DNA from: Alphaproteobacteria bacterium
Lineage (GTDB): Bacteria; Pseudomonadota; Alphaproteobacteria; UBA8366; CAVOAK01
Assembly: GCA_963664465.2 (NCBI GenBank)
Contig: CAXXSU010000009.1
Coordinates: forward strand, 2,017-66,016
Reading direction: 5' to 3'
Length of the DNA: 64,000 nt
Shown: positions 26,944 to 38,845 of the stretch, in pieces
How the letters are laid out: each line of letters starts with the position of its first letter
How positions within the stretch are numbered: the stretch's first letter is position 1
Notes under the pieces: generated by a model
Seen by the model: the letters and a program-made list of their open reading frames with translations, nothing else
Database searches by the model: none
Told to the model about the DNA's origin: nothing
Translations under genes and position numbers: made by a program

Positions 26944-29900
26944 ACATTCTTGCCGCCGACCGACCGACGAGCGAACAGCAAAGCGCATCGGATCCTCACG
27001 CCAGTATCTGGGTGGCCGCCTCCGCGGGCAGCGGCAAGACAAAGGTCCTTGTCGACCGTGTTTTGGCTCTGCTGTTGGGCGGAACCCAGCCGTCACGAAT
27101 CCTGTGCCTTACTTTCACGAAGGCGGCGGCGACGGAAATGGCAATTCGCGTCAATGCAACACTCGGACGATGGGCAACCTGCAACGACGATGAATTGACG
27201 GCTGCCGTCGAGACCCTGACGGATGCCCCTGCAAAGGCCGAGGGCATGGCGCGCGCGCGACGGTTGCTTGCCCAAGTTCTCGATACGCCGGGCGGGCTAA
27301 AGATACTGACGATCCATAGTTTTTGCGAATCGCTGCTCGCGCGGTTTCCGCTGGAGGCCGGGATAGCTCCTCATTTCGAGGTAATGGATGAGCGCAGCGC
27401 CGCCGAAATGCTTGCGACAGTCCGAGACAGGGTTCTTTCTGTCGCACGTGACGACAGAACGGCTGCGAGCAGAATTGCGCTGGCGCTTGCCACCGTCGCG
27501 CAATACATCCGCGAGGATGAATTTGCGGACTTGATGACCGTGCTTGCCAATGAGCGCGCGCGTCTCAAACAATTATTTGAAAGTCCCAATGGTATCGATC
27601 GGGCGATTGAAACCGTTTACGATCGGCTTGGCGCCGATCTTACAGCAGACGAAGGCGCGCTCATGGCCGAAGCATGCGAGGACGATACGTTTGACCGAAT
27701 CGGCCTTGAATGCGCGGTCCAGGCGCTGGCCGAGGGAAGCGAGAAGACCGATCGGCCGAGAGGCCAGACGATCGGCAGTTGGATCGCCGCCGGCGGGCGG
27801 CGGCGGCGGGAAACCTTCGAGGACTACATCCTCTCCCTACTGACCAGGGAGGGCCGACCACGCGCCAATTTGATCAGTAAGAAGGCACAGCAAGCCGATC
27901 CGGCCGCAGAGGCAATACTGGAGGTGGAAGCCAAACGCCTTACCGTAGTGTTGGAGCGTCGCCGCGCGCAGATCACGGCGCAAGCGTCGGAGTCGCTGCT
28001 GCGGCTGGGAGAAGCATTCATAAGTGCGTACGAGGCGGAAAAGACGGCTACCGCGCGACTCGACTATGACGATCTTATTCTGACGGCCCGGCGGCTTCTC
28101 GAGCGGAGGGGCATCGCGCCATGGGTCCTCTATAAGCTCGACGGCGGACTCGATCATATCTTGATCGATGAGGCGCAGGACACAAACCCGGAACAATGGG
28201 GAGTGATCGCTGCTTTGGCTGGTGACTTTTTCTCAGGAGAGGGTGCGCATAGCGGCCCGCGCACGATTTTTGCCGTCGGCGATGCGAAGCAATCGATCTA
28301 CAGCTTCCAGCGGGCCGACCCGGCTGCGTTCCGGCGCATGCGTGACCATTTTGCCAGCCGGGTCGACGCGGCGCGCACCGGGTGGCGTGAGGTCAATCTT
28401 GACCTGTCGTTTCGATCGACTGAAGCGGTCCTCAGCGTGATCGATGCAGTGTTCCAAGACCCGCTTGCCGCCGACGGCGTGTTGGAGGAAGGGCAGGCAA
28501 TGCGCCATCGTGCTGCGCGCTCGGGTCACGCTGGGCTCGTCGAAGTTTGGCCGCCTGTAACGCCTTTGGATTCACAGCCTGAGGAGCCATGGACCTTACC
28601 GATCGAGCGCCGGCCGCAGGACAGTCCGCGGACGCGACTCGCCCGCTTCATCGCGCGGCGAATCAAGCGATGGATCGGCAAGGAAATTCTCGAGTCGAGG
28701 GATAGGCCGGTGCGGGCAGGTGACATCATCGTGTTGGTGCGCCGTCGAGGAGCTTTTGTCGAGGAACTTGTTCGCGCTCTCAAGGACGAGGGAGTTCCGG
28801 TCTCGGGCGTCGATCGTATGGTCCTGACTGAACAGCTTGCGGCAATGGATCTGATGGCGCTGGCTGCATTTCTCCTGATGCCAGACGATGACATGATGCT
28901 GGCCACAGTTCTTAAGGGACCGTTCCTTGGATTTGATGACGAAGAGCTGTTTCAAATTGCCTGGCAGCGTGGTCGCTCCAGCTTGTGGCGCCGCCTCGGC
29001 GAGAAAGCCGCGGCGGACGAGAAATTTGCGGCCGCACGTCGTTGGCTGGAAGACTTGCTTGCGCGCGCCGACTTTACGCCACCATTTGATTTGTTTGCCG
29101 ATATTTTGGCGGCGCCTTCGATCAACGAAAAGAGCGGCAGGGCAAGCCTCGTCAGCCGGCTTGGTGTCGACGCCGGTGACGCGATTGACGAATTTCTCAA
29201 TCTCGCTGTGAGTTACGAGCGCAGCCACATTCCATCTCTCCAGGGATTTCTTCATTGGGTCGAAGCAGGGCGCACAGAGGTCAAGCGTGATCTTGAGCAT
29301 TCCGGCCGCGATGAAGTGCGTGTAATGACCATCCACGGGGCAAAGGGCCTTGAGGCGCCGATCGTCATTTTGCCTGACACGATGTCGACGCCGACGACCC
29401 ACAGTCCGCCCATCCTGTGGCACGAGGGGTTGCCGCTTTGGCCGCCACGAAGAGTCCACGAGGAGCGGCTATGTCGGGCGGCGCGGGCGGACGCCCATCA
29501 GCTTCGTGACCGCGAATATCGTCGCCTGCTTTATGTTGCAATGAGCCGGGCCGAGGACCGGCTTTACGTTTGTGGTTGGCATGGAGAGCGAATGCCGCCA
29601 GCGGATTGTTGGTACGAGCTTGTCGTGAGCGGACTGAAGCGTTTGGAAAATGTGCGCCGATTCACGTTCCAGGAGAGTGGTCGTGGCGACTGGAGCGGTC
29701 CCGGGTTGCGCCATATCGGCGTACAAGGCGTGCCGCCAAAGACCGATCACCGTGATCGCGACCAAGTGCGCCGTCTGCCGCGTCTCAAGCCATGGACACG
29801 GCAGCCGCCGCCCGCGGAGCCTGCGCCGCCTCGCCCTCTCGCTCCTTCGCGTGCAGGGCAGAGTGAGCCTGCGGTACGGTCTCCGCTTGGCGCTGACGAC

Positions 29901-30416
29901 GGTATGCGATTTCAACGTGGGCTGATTATCCACCGTCTCTTGGAGATCCTGCCGAGACTTCCAATGCAGCGGCGGCAAGCGAGTTGCCGGCGCTATCTCG
30001 CGCGGCCGCTTCACGGCCTCGATTCGGCGCAGCAGGCCGAAATAGAGGCCGAAGTCCTCGCGGTGTTGACGGATTCTGAATTGGCACCATTGTTGGTTGC
30101 TGAAGGACGAGCTGAAGTGCCGATTGTCGGGACGCTCGACGGTCCAGAAGGGCCGCATATCGTTTCTGGCCAGGTGGATCGCCTGGTCGTCGCCGATCAT
30201 GAGGTTCTGATCGTTGATTATAAGTCAAATCGCCCGCCGCCTACCCGCCAGGACGACGTTCCAGAGCTGTATCTTCGCCAGATGGCTGCGTATAGGGCAG
30301 TTTTAGCCGGAATTTGGCGGGATCGTCCCGTCAGGTGTGCCCTCTTGTGGACCGACGGTCCGAGCCTTATGTATTTGGACGAGGCGCGGCTTGACCGGTT
30401 GTTCCCCGGCCCATAG
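26940..30416 (+). CDS. addA: double-strand break repair helicase-nuclease AddA (UvrD/REP superfamily 1)
   Basis: 1158 aa, [14 protein letters not shown]...[10 protein letters not shown]...ILIDEAQDT...[12 protein letters not shown]...[10 protein letters not shown]...IVDYKSN. Confidence 0.92.
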   Translation: MNILAADRPTSEQQSASDPHASIWVAASAGSGKTKVLVDRVLALLLGGTQPSRILCLTFTKAAATEMAIRVNATLGRWATCNDDELTAAVETLTDAPAKAEGMARARRLLAQVLDTPGGLKILTIHSFCESLLARFPLEAGIAPHFEVMDERSAAEMLATVRDRVLSVARDDRTAASRIALALATVAQYIREDEFADLMTVLANERARLKQLFESPNGIDRAIETVYDRLGADLTADEGALMAEACEDDTFDRIGLECAVQALAEGSEKTDRPRGQTIGSWIAAGGRRRRETFEDYILSLLTREGRPRANLISKKAQQADPAAEAILEVEAKRLTVVLERRRAQITAQASESLLRLGEAFISAYEAEKTATARLDYDDLILTARRLLERRGIAPWVLYKLDGGLDHILIDEAQDTNPEQWGVIAALAGDFFSGEGAHSGPRTIFAVGDAKQSIYSFQRADPAAFRRMRDHFASRVDAARTGWREVNLDLSFRSTEAVLSVIDAVFQDPLAADGVLEEGQAMRHRAARSGHAGLVEVWPPVTPLDSQPEEPWTLPIERRPQDSPRTRLARFIARRIKRWIGKEILESRDRPVRAGDIIVLVRRRGAFVEELVRALKDEGVPVSGVDRMVLTEQLAAMDLMALAAFLLMPDDDMMLATVLKGPFLGFDDEELFQIAWQRGRSSLWRRLGEKAAADEKFAAARRWLEDLLARADFTPPFDLFADILAAPSINEKSGRASLVSRLGVDAGDAIDEFLNLAVSYERSHIPSLQGFLHWVEAGRTEVKRDLEHSGRDEVRVMTIHGAKGLEAPIVILPDTMSTPTTHSPPILWHEGLPLWPPRRVHEERLCRAARADAHQLRDREYRRLLYVAMSRAEDRLYVCGWHGERMPPADCWYELVVSGLKRLENVRRFTFQESGRGDWSGPGLRHIGVQGVPPKTDHRDRDQVRRLPRLKPWTRQPPPAEPAPPRPLAPSRAGQSEPAVRSPLGADDGMRFQRGLIIHRLLEILPRLPMQRRQASCRRYLARPLHGLDSAQQAEIEAEVLAVLTDSELAPLLVAEGRAEVPIVGTLDGPEGPHIVSGQVDRLVVADHEVLIVDYKSNRPPPTRQDDVPELYLRQMAAYRAVLAGIWRDRPVRCALLWTDGPSLMYLDEARLDRLFPGP

Positions 30417-30486
30417 AGTCGCGGCCGGGATGAGCTCGTCGCAAGTGCGCAAGCGGGAGCCGAATCCACCATTGGAGGACAAGGCT

Positions 30487-30807
30487 ATGAGCAGCGTAAA
30501 AGTGAATGACGAAGATTTCGAAGCCAATGTGCTGAAGAACGAGAATCCCGTTCTTGTTGACTTTTGGGCCGAGTGGTGTGGTCCCTGCAAGACGATTGCG
30601 CCGGCACTTGAGGAGATTGCCGGTGACTTGGCCGGTCGCCTTACAATCGCGAAACTGAATATCGACGACAACCCTCATACGCCCGCCAAGTATGGCGTGC
30701 GGGGCATTCCCACGCTGATGCTGTTCAAGGAAGGTCAGGTGGCGGCGACTAAGGTCGGTGCCTTGCCAAAGAGCCAGCTGGCCGAGTGGGTGGAATCCGT
30801 CCTCTAA
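30487..30807 (+). CDS. trxA: thioredoxin
   Basis: 106 aa, [18 protein letters not shown]...GIPTLMLFK. Confidence 0.97.
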   Translation: MSSVKVNDEDFEANVLKNENPVLVDFWAEWCGPCKTIAPALEEIAGDLAGRLTIAKLNIDDNPHTPAKYGVRGIPTLMLFKEGQVAATKVGALPKSQLAEWVESVL

Positions 30808-30859
30808 CCATTCCCGGTAAGAGCGCCCGACGCGCAACGCTGCCGCTGAGAAGAGCCGT

Positions 30860-31645
30860 TTAGCCCGTCGTCGTATTGCGACTGCCGTATTTATCTTCAA
30901 AGCGGTGCATGACTTCGAGAAGCTCTGACGGCAGGCGTGATTGACCCTCCTGTCGGATCGGATTTGGGATGCCGTAGAGCACCTCGGCGATGGCTCCGGT
31001 TATGCAGGCCAAAGTATCGGAATCGCCGCCCAGCGACACGGCGTTGCGGATCGCATCCTCGAAATCCTCCGCGTCGAGTGCGCATATGATTGCCGGGGGC
31101 ACTGTACCTTGGCACGATACGTCGAAGGCGTAGCCTGGTCTGATCGCGTCGACTGTGTTGTCGAGGCGGTAATCGAACTGATCGCAGATGTAGGCGCGAA
31201 TTTTTGCCGCCGATTCTCCGGATAGCGCCAAATATATGCTTGCAGCCACTGCTTGGGCGCCTTTGATCGCTTCGACGTGGTCGTGGCTTACGATGGCTGT
31301 CTGGCGCGCTAGAGCGAGAGCGGACTCTAATGTGTCGGCGGCATAGGCAACCGGGCCAACGCGCATTGCCGCGCCGTTGCCCCAACTTCCGTAAGCAGGC
31401 GCGTTGTCGGCAGATGCCCATTCGAGAAACATCTGGCCATAGCCACGGTCGGGATAGCTGCGCACGTAGCCGCGCAGGTAGCGATCGAAAGCACCGCCTG
31501 AAAGCAGGCAGTCGGCAATTGCGAGCGTGCAGATCGTATCGTCGGTGAAGGTGGCGCTTGGGTGAAAGAAGGCAAATTCCTTCGATTTGATCGGCGTCGT
31601 CTCGTAGACCGAGCCGACGATGTCGCCGATGACAGCTCCCAGCAT
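30860..31645 (-). CDS. ADP-ribosylglycohydrolase family protein
   Basis: MLGAVIGDIVGSVYE...FTDDTICTLAIADCL...GNGAAMRVGP...SLGGDSDTLACITGAIAE. The ATG at 31645 has GAGGA overlapping the folC stop. The TTG at 31660 is an alternative start. Confidence 0.85.
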   Translation of the reverse strand: MLGAVIGDIVGSVYETTPIKSKEFAFFHPSATFTDDTICTLAIADCLLSGGAFDRYLRGYVRSYPDRGYGQMFLEWASADNAPAYGSWGNGAAMRVGPVAYAADTLESALALARQTAIVSHDHVEAIKGAQAVAASIYLALSGESAAKIRAYICDQFDYRLDNTVDAIRPGYAFDVSCQGTVPPAIICALDAEDFEDAIRNAVSLGGDSDTLACITGAIAEVLYGIPNPIRQEGQSRLPSELLEVMHRFEDKYGSRNTTTG

Positions 31646-31656
31646 TTGGTCCGTCC

Positions 31657-32970
31657 TCAACCGTTCTCGGCCAGGACAATACCTGCCAGATAGAGTGATC
31701 CGCAGATCAACACGCGCGCAGAGCCTGCTTGGCCGTCGGCCAGTTGTTGAAGCGCTGCATCGACGCTCTCGGCGGACTTTGCCTCAATCCCCAAGCGCAT
31801 CGCTGTCCGGGAAATTTCGTCGGCAAGCAGGCTGTTCTCCTCGCCAGGGATCGTCACGGCCCGTAGGCGTGTGACGTATGGAACGAGTGGCCGGAGAAAA
31901 CTCTCGGGCTGCTTGCTGTTGAGCATGCCAAACACGAGATGCAGCGGGCGGTCGCTCCAGTCGCCCGCTGCTGACGCCAAGGCTGTCGCGGCCGCTTCAT
32001 TGTGCCCGCCGTCGAGCCAAAGCTCCCAATCTGGCGGTAACAGCGACCTCAGCCGGCCGCTTTCCAAGTGTTGCATGCGGCCCGGCCACTCAGCGATGGC
32101 AAGTCCGTTCTTTATTGCATCATCGGGAATTTCGAAGCCGTGAAGACTGTCGGCCAGGGCGATAGCCGTGCCGGCATTCTCAATCTGGTAGAGGCCATGA
32201 AGGGCTAATACCGGGGCTACCAGTTCTCGTGAGGGTGACGAGTATGCAACCCCGTGCGACCCGTTCACGGTGCGGGGCTCGGTCTGCCATTCTACACCTG
32301 CACGAAAGAGCGGCGCATCGACCTGGTCGGCATAGTCAGAGATTACTTGTGCCGCTACAGCGGATTGCGGGCCAACGATCGACGGTACGCCCGATTTCTG
32401 GATCGCCGCCTTCTCAAAGGCAATTTCAGCAAGGCCATCTCCGAGGAATTGCATATGGTCCATGGAGACCGGTGTGATGGCGGTTGCGTGCGGCCGGTCG
32501 ACGACCGTTGTTGCATCGAAGCGTCCTCCCAGCCCGCACTCGAGCAACAATATGTCCGCTGGTTTCCGCGCAAAGGCGCAAAACGCCGCGGCGGTTGTGA
32601 TTTCGAAGTACGTAATGGGCTGACCGTCGTTTACACGCTCGCAATGATCGAGTATTTCGGCCAGCGCCTCCTCGTCGATCAGCTTGCCTGCGATCCTGAT
32701 GCGTTCGTTGAAGTGAACCAGATGCGGCGATGTATAGACATGTACCGCAAGGTCGGCGGCTTCGAGAATCGCGCGGAGAAAGGCGATGGTGGAGCCCTTG
32801 CCGTTGGTGCCGGCAATGTGGACGACCGGCGGCAGCTGGTTTTGCGGCCGGCCAAGGGCGTCGAGAAGCGCCAGGACGCGGTCGAGAGCGAGGTCGATCA
32901 CCTTCGGGTGAAGGGTAAGCAACCGGGCGAGAATCGCATCACTTTTCATTGCCGGTGCCACCTCCGACAT
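31657..32970 (-). CDS. folC: bifunctional folylpolyglutamate synthase / dihydrofolate synthase
   Basis: HIAGTNGKGST...LECGLGGRFDATT...DGGHNEAA. The start is uncertain (32970 or 33021). Confidence 0.9.
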   Translation of the reverse strand: MSEVAPAMKSDAILARLLTLHPKVIDLALDRVLALLDALGRPQNQLPPVVHIAGTNGKGSTIAFLRAILEAADLAVHVYTSPHLVHFNERIRIAGKLIDEEALAEILDHCERVNDGQPITYFEITTAAAFCAFARKPADILLLECGLGGRFDATTVVDRPHATAITPVSMDHMQFLGDGLAEIAFEKAAIQKSGVPSIVGPQSAVAAQVISDYADQVDAPLFRAGVEWQTEPRTVNGSHGVAYSSPSRELVAPVLALHGLYQIENAGTAIALADSLHGFEIPDDAIKNGLAIAEWPGRMQHLESGRLRSLLPPDWELWLDGGHNEAAATALASAAGDWSDRPLHLVFGMLNSKQPESFLRPLVPYVTRLRAVTIPGEENSLLADEISRTAMRLGIEAKSAESVDAALQQLADGQAGSARVLICGSLYLAGIVLAENG

Positions 32971-32980
32971 TGGTGAGTAT

Positions 32981-33913
32981 TCAGGTCTTGGCGATCTCTG
33001 CGGGACTGGGCTTGTTCGCACCGGCGGACTTTTCGGGTGCGAGCGGCACGACTTCTCCTGCCGGCCGCGGGTGGCGGATTAGGCCGATGAGTCGGACAAG
33101 CGTGTCGCGTAGCTCTTTTCGCGGCACGACCATGTCGACAATGCCGTGCTCCAATAGATATTCGGCACGCTGAAATCCATTCGGCAATGTCTCGCGCACG
33201 GTCTGCTCGATGACGCGCGCACCGGCAAATCCGATCATCGCGCCAGGCTCGGCCAAGTGAATGTCGCCCAGCATGGCGAAACTCGCGGACACACCGCCCG
33301 TTGTCGGGTCCGTTAGCACGACGATATAGGGCAACCCCGCCTCTCTAACCTCTTCTACCGCGATAACGGTTCGCGGCAGCTGCATCAGCGAAAGTGCGCC
33401 TTCCTGCATGCGCGCACCTCCGGATGCAGTGACGACGATGAGCGGCGCTTCCTGAACTATTGCCAGCCGGGCGGCGGCTATGAAGCCCTCGCCAACCGCA
33501 ATCCCCATGGATCCGCCCATAAAATCGAAACTAAGCGTCGCCACAACGACGTTGATTCCACCCATGGAACCGTGAGCAACGATGATGCCGTCGTCTTCGC
33601 CGGTTTTGCTCCGCGCCTCCTTGATGCGATCGGTGTAGCGTTTGCTGTCACGAAACTTGAGCGGATCCGGTGTGGATTTGGGCAACTCGATGCGTTGGTA
33701 CTCGCCATCGTCGAATAGCATTTCAAGGCGTTTGTTCATCGGCAGTCGAAGATGATGACCGCAGTGCTGGCAGACATGCAATTCCGCGTCGAGATCGCGA
33801 TGGAATATCATCTGGCCACAGTTGCCGCATTTGCACCACAGGTTGTCGGGGACGTCCTGCTTCTTGACGAGGGCGCGAATTTTCGGCCTAACAAAGCTGG
33901 TCAACCAATTCAT
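32981..33913 (-). CDS. accD: acetyl-CoA carboxylase carboxyltransferase beta subunit
   Basis: [13 protein letters not shown]...[13 protein letters not shown]...CQHCGHH (Zn ribbon)...GGARMQEG. Confidence 0.95.
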   Translation of the reverse strand: MNWLTSFVRPKIRALVKKQDVPDNLWCKCGNCGQMIFHRDLDAELHVCQHCGHHLRLPMNKRLEMLFDDGEYQRIELPKSTPDPLKFRDSKRYTDRIKEARSKTGEDDGIIVAHGSMGGINVVVATLSFDFMGGSMGIAVGEGFIAAARLAIVQEAPLIVVTASGGARMQEGALSLMQLPRTVIAVEEVREAGLPYIVVLTDPTTGGVSASFAMLGDIHLAEPGAMIGFAGARVIEQTVRETLPNGFQRAEYLLEHGIVDMVVPRKELRDTLVRLIGLIRHPRPAGEVVPLAPEKSAGANKPSPAEIAKT

Positions 33914-34764
33914 CTGTTGCTCACTTCCGCAGTCCCTCTGACACCTTGAGCGAGTTCAGAAACGAAACTCAGGACGTTTGTTACGAGGTTAGGTTTGGCG
34001 CGACCCGAACCGTCGAGCTGCGCGGCAATCTTGTCGACTATTGAGGAGCCAACGACTGCGGCGTCCGCAACGCCCGCGATCACCGCCGCCTGCTTGGCTG
34101 TTTTGATGCCAAATCCAACGGCGATCGGCAGCTCAGTGTGGCGTCGCAACCTTTCAACGGCGAGACGTACAGCGTCCTCGGGCACCGACTTTGTTCCGGT
34201 GATTCCCATGACCGACACGTAGTAGATGAATCCATTGGAGTTTGCGAGGACGGTTGGCAACCGCTCATCGTCCGTTGTCGGGGTGGCGAGGCGGATGAAG
34301 TTGACACCGGCGTCCAGCGCTGGAAGGCAAAGTTCCGGATCTTCTTCTGGTGGCAGATCGACCACGATTAATCCATCGACGCCGGCCGCGCGCGCATCGC
34401 TAAGAAATTGCTCAACACCGTAGATGTAAATTGGATTGAAATACCCCATCAGGACGAGCGGTGTCTTGTTGTCGCTGGCACGAAATGCTTGCGCCAACTC
34501 CAGGGTCTTGACCATGCTTGCGCCGGCGCTAAGTGCCCGGAGCGATGAGGCCTGGATGACAGGGCCATCGGCCATTGGGTCGGTGAATGGCATGCCGAGT
34601 TCGATAAGGTCTGCGCCCGCATTGGCGAGGCCAAGGACGAGTTCGCGCGACGTTTCTGGATCGGGATCGCCTGCTGTGACAAAGGTGATAAGACCGCCGC
34701 GGTTCTCCGTCTTGAGCAGCTCGAAACGTCCTCGAATCCGGCCAGAATCCGGCGGCCGCGTCAT
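33910..34764 (-). CDS. trpA: tryptophan synthase alpha chain
   Basis: [11 protein letters not shown]...[18 protein letters not shown]...GFGI. The ATG at 34764 overlaps the trpB stop (ATGA). Confidence 0.93.
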   Translation of the reverse strand: MTRPPDSGRIRGRFELLKTENRGGLITFVTAGDPDPETSRELVLGLANAGADLIELGMPFTDPMADGPVIQASSLRALSAGASMVKTLELAQAFRASDNKTPLVLMGYFNPIYIYGVEQFLSDARAAGVDGLIVVDLPPEEDPELCLPALDAGVNFIRLATPTTDDERLPTVLANSNGFIYYVSVMGITGTKSVPEDAVRLAVERLRRHTELPIAVGFGIKTAKQAAVIAGVADAAVVGSSIVDKIAAQLDGSGRAKPNLVTNVLSFVSELAQGVRGTAEVSNR

Positions 34765-35972
34765 AAATCGGCACCGAGCAGTTCGGCAACCGTGAAGATG
34801 TCTTTGTCGCCACGGCCACACATGTTCATGCAGATGATGTGCTCCGGCGAAAGTTGTGGCGCGATCTTGGCCACGTGGGCCAACGCATGCGCCGGCTCCA
34901 ATGCCGGAATTATTCCTTCGAGGCGCGAACATAGCTGAAAAGCCTCAAGCGCCTCCTTGTCGGTGGCCGAGACGTACTCGGCGCGGCCGCTTTCCTTCAA
35001 CCAGGCATGCTCGGGCCCGATCCCTGGATAGTCGAGACCAGCCGAGATCGAGTGCGCCTCATTGATTTGGCCATCGTCATTCTGCAGCAGATAGGTGCGA
35101 TTTCCGTGCAGGACGCCTGGCCGACCGCCGGTCAGGGAAGCCGCGTGGCGTCCGGAGTCGATTCCTTCGCCCGCAGCCTCCACGCCGATGATGCGAACGT
35201 CGGTATCGTCCAGGAACGGATGAAACAAGCCAATCGCATTCGAGCCGCCACCAATGCAGGCCACCAGCGTATCCGGCAATCGACCCTCTGCTTCCATCAT
35301 TTGACCGCGCACCTCGTGACCGATAACAGACTGGAAGTCGCGGACCATCGCTGGGTAGGGGTGCGGTCCGGCGACCGTACCGATGATGTAGAAGGTATCC
35401 TCCACATTGGCGACCCAGTCACGCAACGCTTCGTTCATGGCATCTTTGAGCGTGGCCGAGCCGCTGGTCACTGATTTCACCTCCGCGCCCAGCAGCTTCA
35501 TGCGAAAAACGTTCGGTTTTTGCCTCTCGATATCTACTTCGCCCATGTAGACGGTACACGGCAGGTTGAAGAGAGCGCACACGGTTGCCGCAGCGACACC
35601 ATGTTGGCCTGCTCCGGTCTCCGCGATTATGCGCGTCTTACGCATGCGGCTCGCGAGCAAGATCTGGCCGATGCAATTGTTGATCTTATGGGCGCCTGTA
35701 TGGTTCAGCTCGTCGCGTTTGAAATATAGTTTGGCGCCACCGAAATGCTCGGTCAGGCGGCGAGCGAGGTAGAGCGGTGACGGCCGTCCAATATAGTGTT
35801 TGTGGTAATACTCAAGCTCCTTGTGGAACTCGGGGTCCTGGCTCGCCGCTGCATAAGCCTGCTCAACCGCGAGAACCAATGGCATCAGAGTCTCGGCGAC
35901 GAAGCGGCCGCCGAAGATGCCAAAGTGCCCGCTTTCGTCGGGTCCGCTGCGAAACGTGTTGGGCTGTTGCAT
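34761..35972 (-). CDS. trpB: tryptophan synthase beta chain
   Basis: [16 protein letters not shown]...[11 protein letters not shown]...GGGSNAIG. Confidence 0.97.
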   Translation of the reverse strand: MQQPNTFRSGPDESGHFGIFGGRFVAETLMPLVLAVEQAYAAASQDPEFHKELEYYHKHYIGRPSPLYLARRLTEHFGGAKLYFKRDELNHTGAHKINNCIGQILLASRMRKTRIIAETGAGQHGVAAATVCALFNLPCTVYMGEVDIERQKPNVFRMKLLGAEVKSVTSGSATLKDAMNEALRDWVANVEDTFYIIGTVAGPHPYPAMVRDFQSVIGHEVRGQMMEAEGRLPDTLVACIGGGSNAIGLFHPFLDDTDVRIIGVEAAGEGIDSGRHAASLTGGRPGVLHGNRTYLLQNDDGQINEAHSISAGLDYPGIGPEHAWLKESGRAEYVSATDKEALEAFQLCSRLEGIIPALEPAHALAHVAKIAPQLSPEHIICMNMCGRGDKDIFTVAELLGADL

Positions 35973-36126
35973 GCCCTATCCTGTCCACTTTCCTTGTGTG
36001 CGCGCTTTGTGTGCGCGACTTGTGCGCCGCGTCGGGCAAAAACCGCTCTGCCCAAATGTTGCGAGAATGGCGTATTAGCGTAACGCCTGACCAGTTGTCT
36101 ACCGGCGTTAAATGCCTCGGATCACG

Positions 36127-36771
36127 CTAAAGCGCAGCGACAGCCGCCAGGAACGAGCTGATTTTAGCCGGATTTTTGCGGCCCGGCTGATCCTCGACAC
36201 CGGATGAGCAATCGACCACGCTTGCGCCGGTACGTGCGACGGCCTCTGACACGTTGGTTGTCGTGAGGCCGCCCGCGAGCATCCAGGGCAGCGGCCAGTC
36301 ATGTCCGGAAAGCAGCTGCCAGTCAAAGGCTCGGGCGTTTCCGCCGGGAAGGGCGTTTTCGATGTCTTTTGGCGGCTTTGCATCGAACAGCAACCAGTCG
36401 GCAATGCCGAAATATCCCTCGGCAGCCTTCAGGTCTGTGCTCGACGTAATAGAAATCACCTTCATAACCGCCCGCTCCGTGCGGGCTTTGAGCGCTGCAA
36501 CGCGTTCCGGCGTCTCCGCGCCATGGAGTTGCAGTAAGTCCAGCGAAGCACCGTCTACAGCGACGTCGATTAGCGCGTCGTCGGCATCGACGAACATGCC
36601 GACTTTGCAAACGCTTGGCGGAACTGGCCGGGCAAGTAGCCGCGCCTGGTCAATCGAAACTGCGCGGGGGCTCCGCCCATAAAACACCAGGCCGACATGG
36701 CTCGCTCCACCGTCGATCGCTGTATCCATGGCGAGCGGATCGTTTATCCCGCAAATCTTTGCAGTGACCAT
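36127..36771 (-). CDS. trpF: phosphoribosylanthranilate isomerase
   Basis: MVTAKICGIN...LLQLHG...LAGGL. Confidence 0.9.
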   Translation of the reverse strand: MVTAKICGINDPLAMDTAIDGGASHVGLVFYGRSPRAVSIDQARLLARPVPPSVCKVGMFVDADDALIDVAVDGASLDLLQLHGAETPERVAALKARTERAVMKVISITSSTDLKAAEGYFGIADWLLFDAKPPKDIENALPGGNARAFDWQLLSGHDWPLPWMLAGGLTTTNVSEAVARTGASVVDCSSGVEDQPGRKNPAKISSFLAAVAAL

Positions 36772-36784
36772 CGCGTGTCGTTGC

Positions 36785-37537
36785 TTATCCGGCCTCGATA
36801 CCGGCGATAATTTCACGCACGGCGGCTACCGGGTCGGACGCCGATGTGATCGCACGCCCAATGACGAGGTAGTCGGCGCCGGCGGCGAGCGCCAGTCCCG
36901 GAGTGGCGATGGCCTTCTGGTCGTTTGATGCGGCACCGGCGGGTCTGATGCCAGGTACGACAAGCGTAAATTCCGCACCGCATGCCTTGCGGATTTCGCC
37001 GATCGCAACCGGTGAACAGACAACGCCGTCGAGTCCGCATTCCTGCGCTAAACATGCGAGGCGTACCGCCTGATCCGTGGTCGAATGTCCCTGCCCCGTC
37101 GCGGCAATATCCGCCTCGTCGAAGCTCGTCAGCACAGTTACGGCGATCACATGCGGTCGCGCCACACCGGCCGTCTCTGCCATCTCCCCGGCCGCCTCGG
37201 CTGCCGCGCGCAACATCTCCGCACCGCCCAGTCCGTGGACGTTCAGCATAAGCGGCGCCAACGGCACTATGGCTCGGACCGCGCCCGCAACCGTATTCGG
37301 AATGTCGTGAAACTTGAAGTCGAGGAAGAAGGGGATTTTGCCGAATGCAATTTCCCGCACACCTTGGGGGCCATGTGCATTAAAGAATTCAAGGCCGATC
37401 TTGACGCCGCCGACGTGTCCGCCGAGCGCATCCGTCAATGTCTTCGCGCGCTCCAGGTCGGTCGTGTCGAGCGCAACTAAAATGTGCTCGGCTGCCCAGG
37501 ATTGCGGCGCGGCATGCTCCTGCAACTTGGCAATCAT
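36785..37537 (-). CDS. pyrF: orotidine 5'-phosphate decarboxylase
   Basis: ILVALDT...FLDFKFHDIPNTV...VVPGIRP...DQKAIATP. The start is set at ATG 37537. Confidence 0.9.
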   Translation of the reverse strand: MIAKLQEHAAPQSWAAEHILVALDTTDLERAKTLTDALGGHVGGVKIGLEFFNAHGPQGVREIAFGKIPFFLDFKFHDIPNTVAGAVRAIVPLAPLMLNVHGLGGAEMLRAAAEAAGEMAETAGVARPHVIAVTVLTSFDEADIAATGQGHSTTDQAVRLACLAQECGLDGVVCSPVAIGEIRKACGAEFTLVVPGIRPAGAASNDQKAIATPGLALAAGADYLVIGRAITSASDPVAAVREIIAGIEAG

Positions 37538-37619
37538 CGGCAGTGTTCTACACTGATTGGATGGGCGACGGAAGGACCGGAGGCCCTGAGGCCCTGAGGT
37601 ATGGTCGCTCCTGAACGCT

Positions 37620-38822
37620 TCAGTCATCGATGCGCGGTGCCAATCGTTCGATTTCGCTGCAAGCAAAGACGAGGTGATAGAGCGTGGACGCGGGCATGGC
37701 CTCCACCATGCTCGTGCCGTCGGGTCGACGGTGCTCGCACCAGGCGCCAGGCGCCGATTCGGACAGGTGATCACGTAGTAGCATTGCGAGCGCGCCGTCG
37801 AGCCTTATTTCCGCCTTCAAATCCCCTGCCAGAGCCCAACGCGCCGCATGTGCCTTCAGTGCCTCTGCCTGCGGCCATACACGGTGGCTCGATTTAGTCT
37901 GCTTGCCGTCACAGTCGACCTCATCAAAGACCCGGCCGCTTTGTGCGTCGATGCCGTGTTCGACAGCAAATCGATAGAGTTGATCTGCCATTGCCGAGAC
38001 GTCAGCGCTGGCGCCGGCGAGCTCATTGAAGCGACTCAACAGCCATACCCATTCGAAGTGATGGCCGGGCTCAACCTGTCGCCCTGCAAGCGAAGACAAC
38101 GGTTTAAGGTCAGCAGTGAAGTACTCACGGAGGCTGCCGTCGACGATGAACCGATCCTTTGCCAACGTGATCAGCGCTGCTGCACGATTTAGATATCCGT
38201 CATCACCGGTTGCATCATGGAGAGCCATCAACGCTTCAAGGAGGTGCATATGCGGATTTTGTCGGCGCGGCTGTTGAGAAGCGCTCCCGTCGGCGGCCAA
38301 ACCTTCGCCAAATCCGCCGTTGGCTTTGTCGGCAAGTGTCGTGTCAAGGAAGTCGAGTGTCGATTCGGCCAAAGCGAGAACCGTCTTGTCGCCCGATGCC
38401 CTGTACAGCCAAGCCAGGGCAAAGATTACAAAGGCCTGATCATAGAACTCGCATCTGGCGTCGAGATTCGTGCCGTCGCGGCGTACGCTGTGACGCCAGC
38501 CACCGTCCAGACGATAGTGAGCGACCAAAAATTTGAACCCGTGCTGCGCGGTTTCGAGCGCGCTATCGAGCAGACCGCCAATGCAAGCCTGCGAGAAAAC
38601 ATATATCTGTCGCGCCTGGACAATGAGCCTTTTCCCGTCGCTCAAGATCGGCCGGCAATCGAGGTCAAGCCGTTCGTGAAATCCACCGCTCTCGCGGTCA
38701 ATGCCGTGTTGCTGCCAAAAAGGGAGCGTTCGCTCGTAGAGCCAATCGTGGAGTCGCTGCTGCGCCGCTGCGGTCCCGCACACCTCTTCGACCCCGCTGG
38801 CTGTGCTGTCGTTTCGGTTCAT
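37620..38822 (-). CDS. AGE-family (N-acylglucosamine 2-epimerase / mannose-6-P isomerase-like) protein
   Basis: 400 aa with an alpha/alpha-toroid repeat pattern (...HPHMHLLEA...EPGHHFEWVWLL...RVWPQAEALKA). Confidence 0.75.
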   Translation of the reverse strand: MNRNDSTASGVEEVCGTAAAQQRLHDWLYERTLPFWQQHGIDRESGGFHERLDLDCRPILSDGKRLIVQARQIYVFSQACIGGLLDSALETAQHGFKFLVAHYRLDGGWRHSVRRDGTNLDARCEFYDQAFVIFALAWLYRASGDKTVLALAESTLDFLDTTLADKANGGFGEGLAADGSASQQPRRQNPHMHLLEALMALHDATGDDGYLNRAAALITLAKDRFIVDGSLREYFTADLKPLSSLAGRQVEPGHHFEWVWLLSRFNELAGASADVSAMADQLYRFAVEHGIDAQSGRVFDEVDCDGKQTKSSHRVWPQAEALKAHAARWALAGDLKAEIRLDGALAMLLRDHLSESAPGAWCEHRRPDGTSMVEAMPASTLYHLVFACSEIERLAPRIDD

Positions 38823-38845
38823 CGAATACGATCGTGTGCTGCGCT

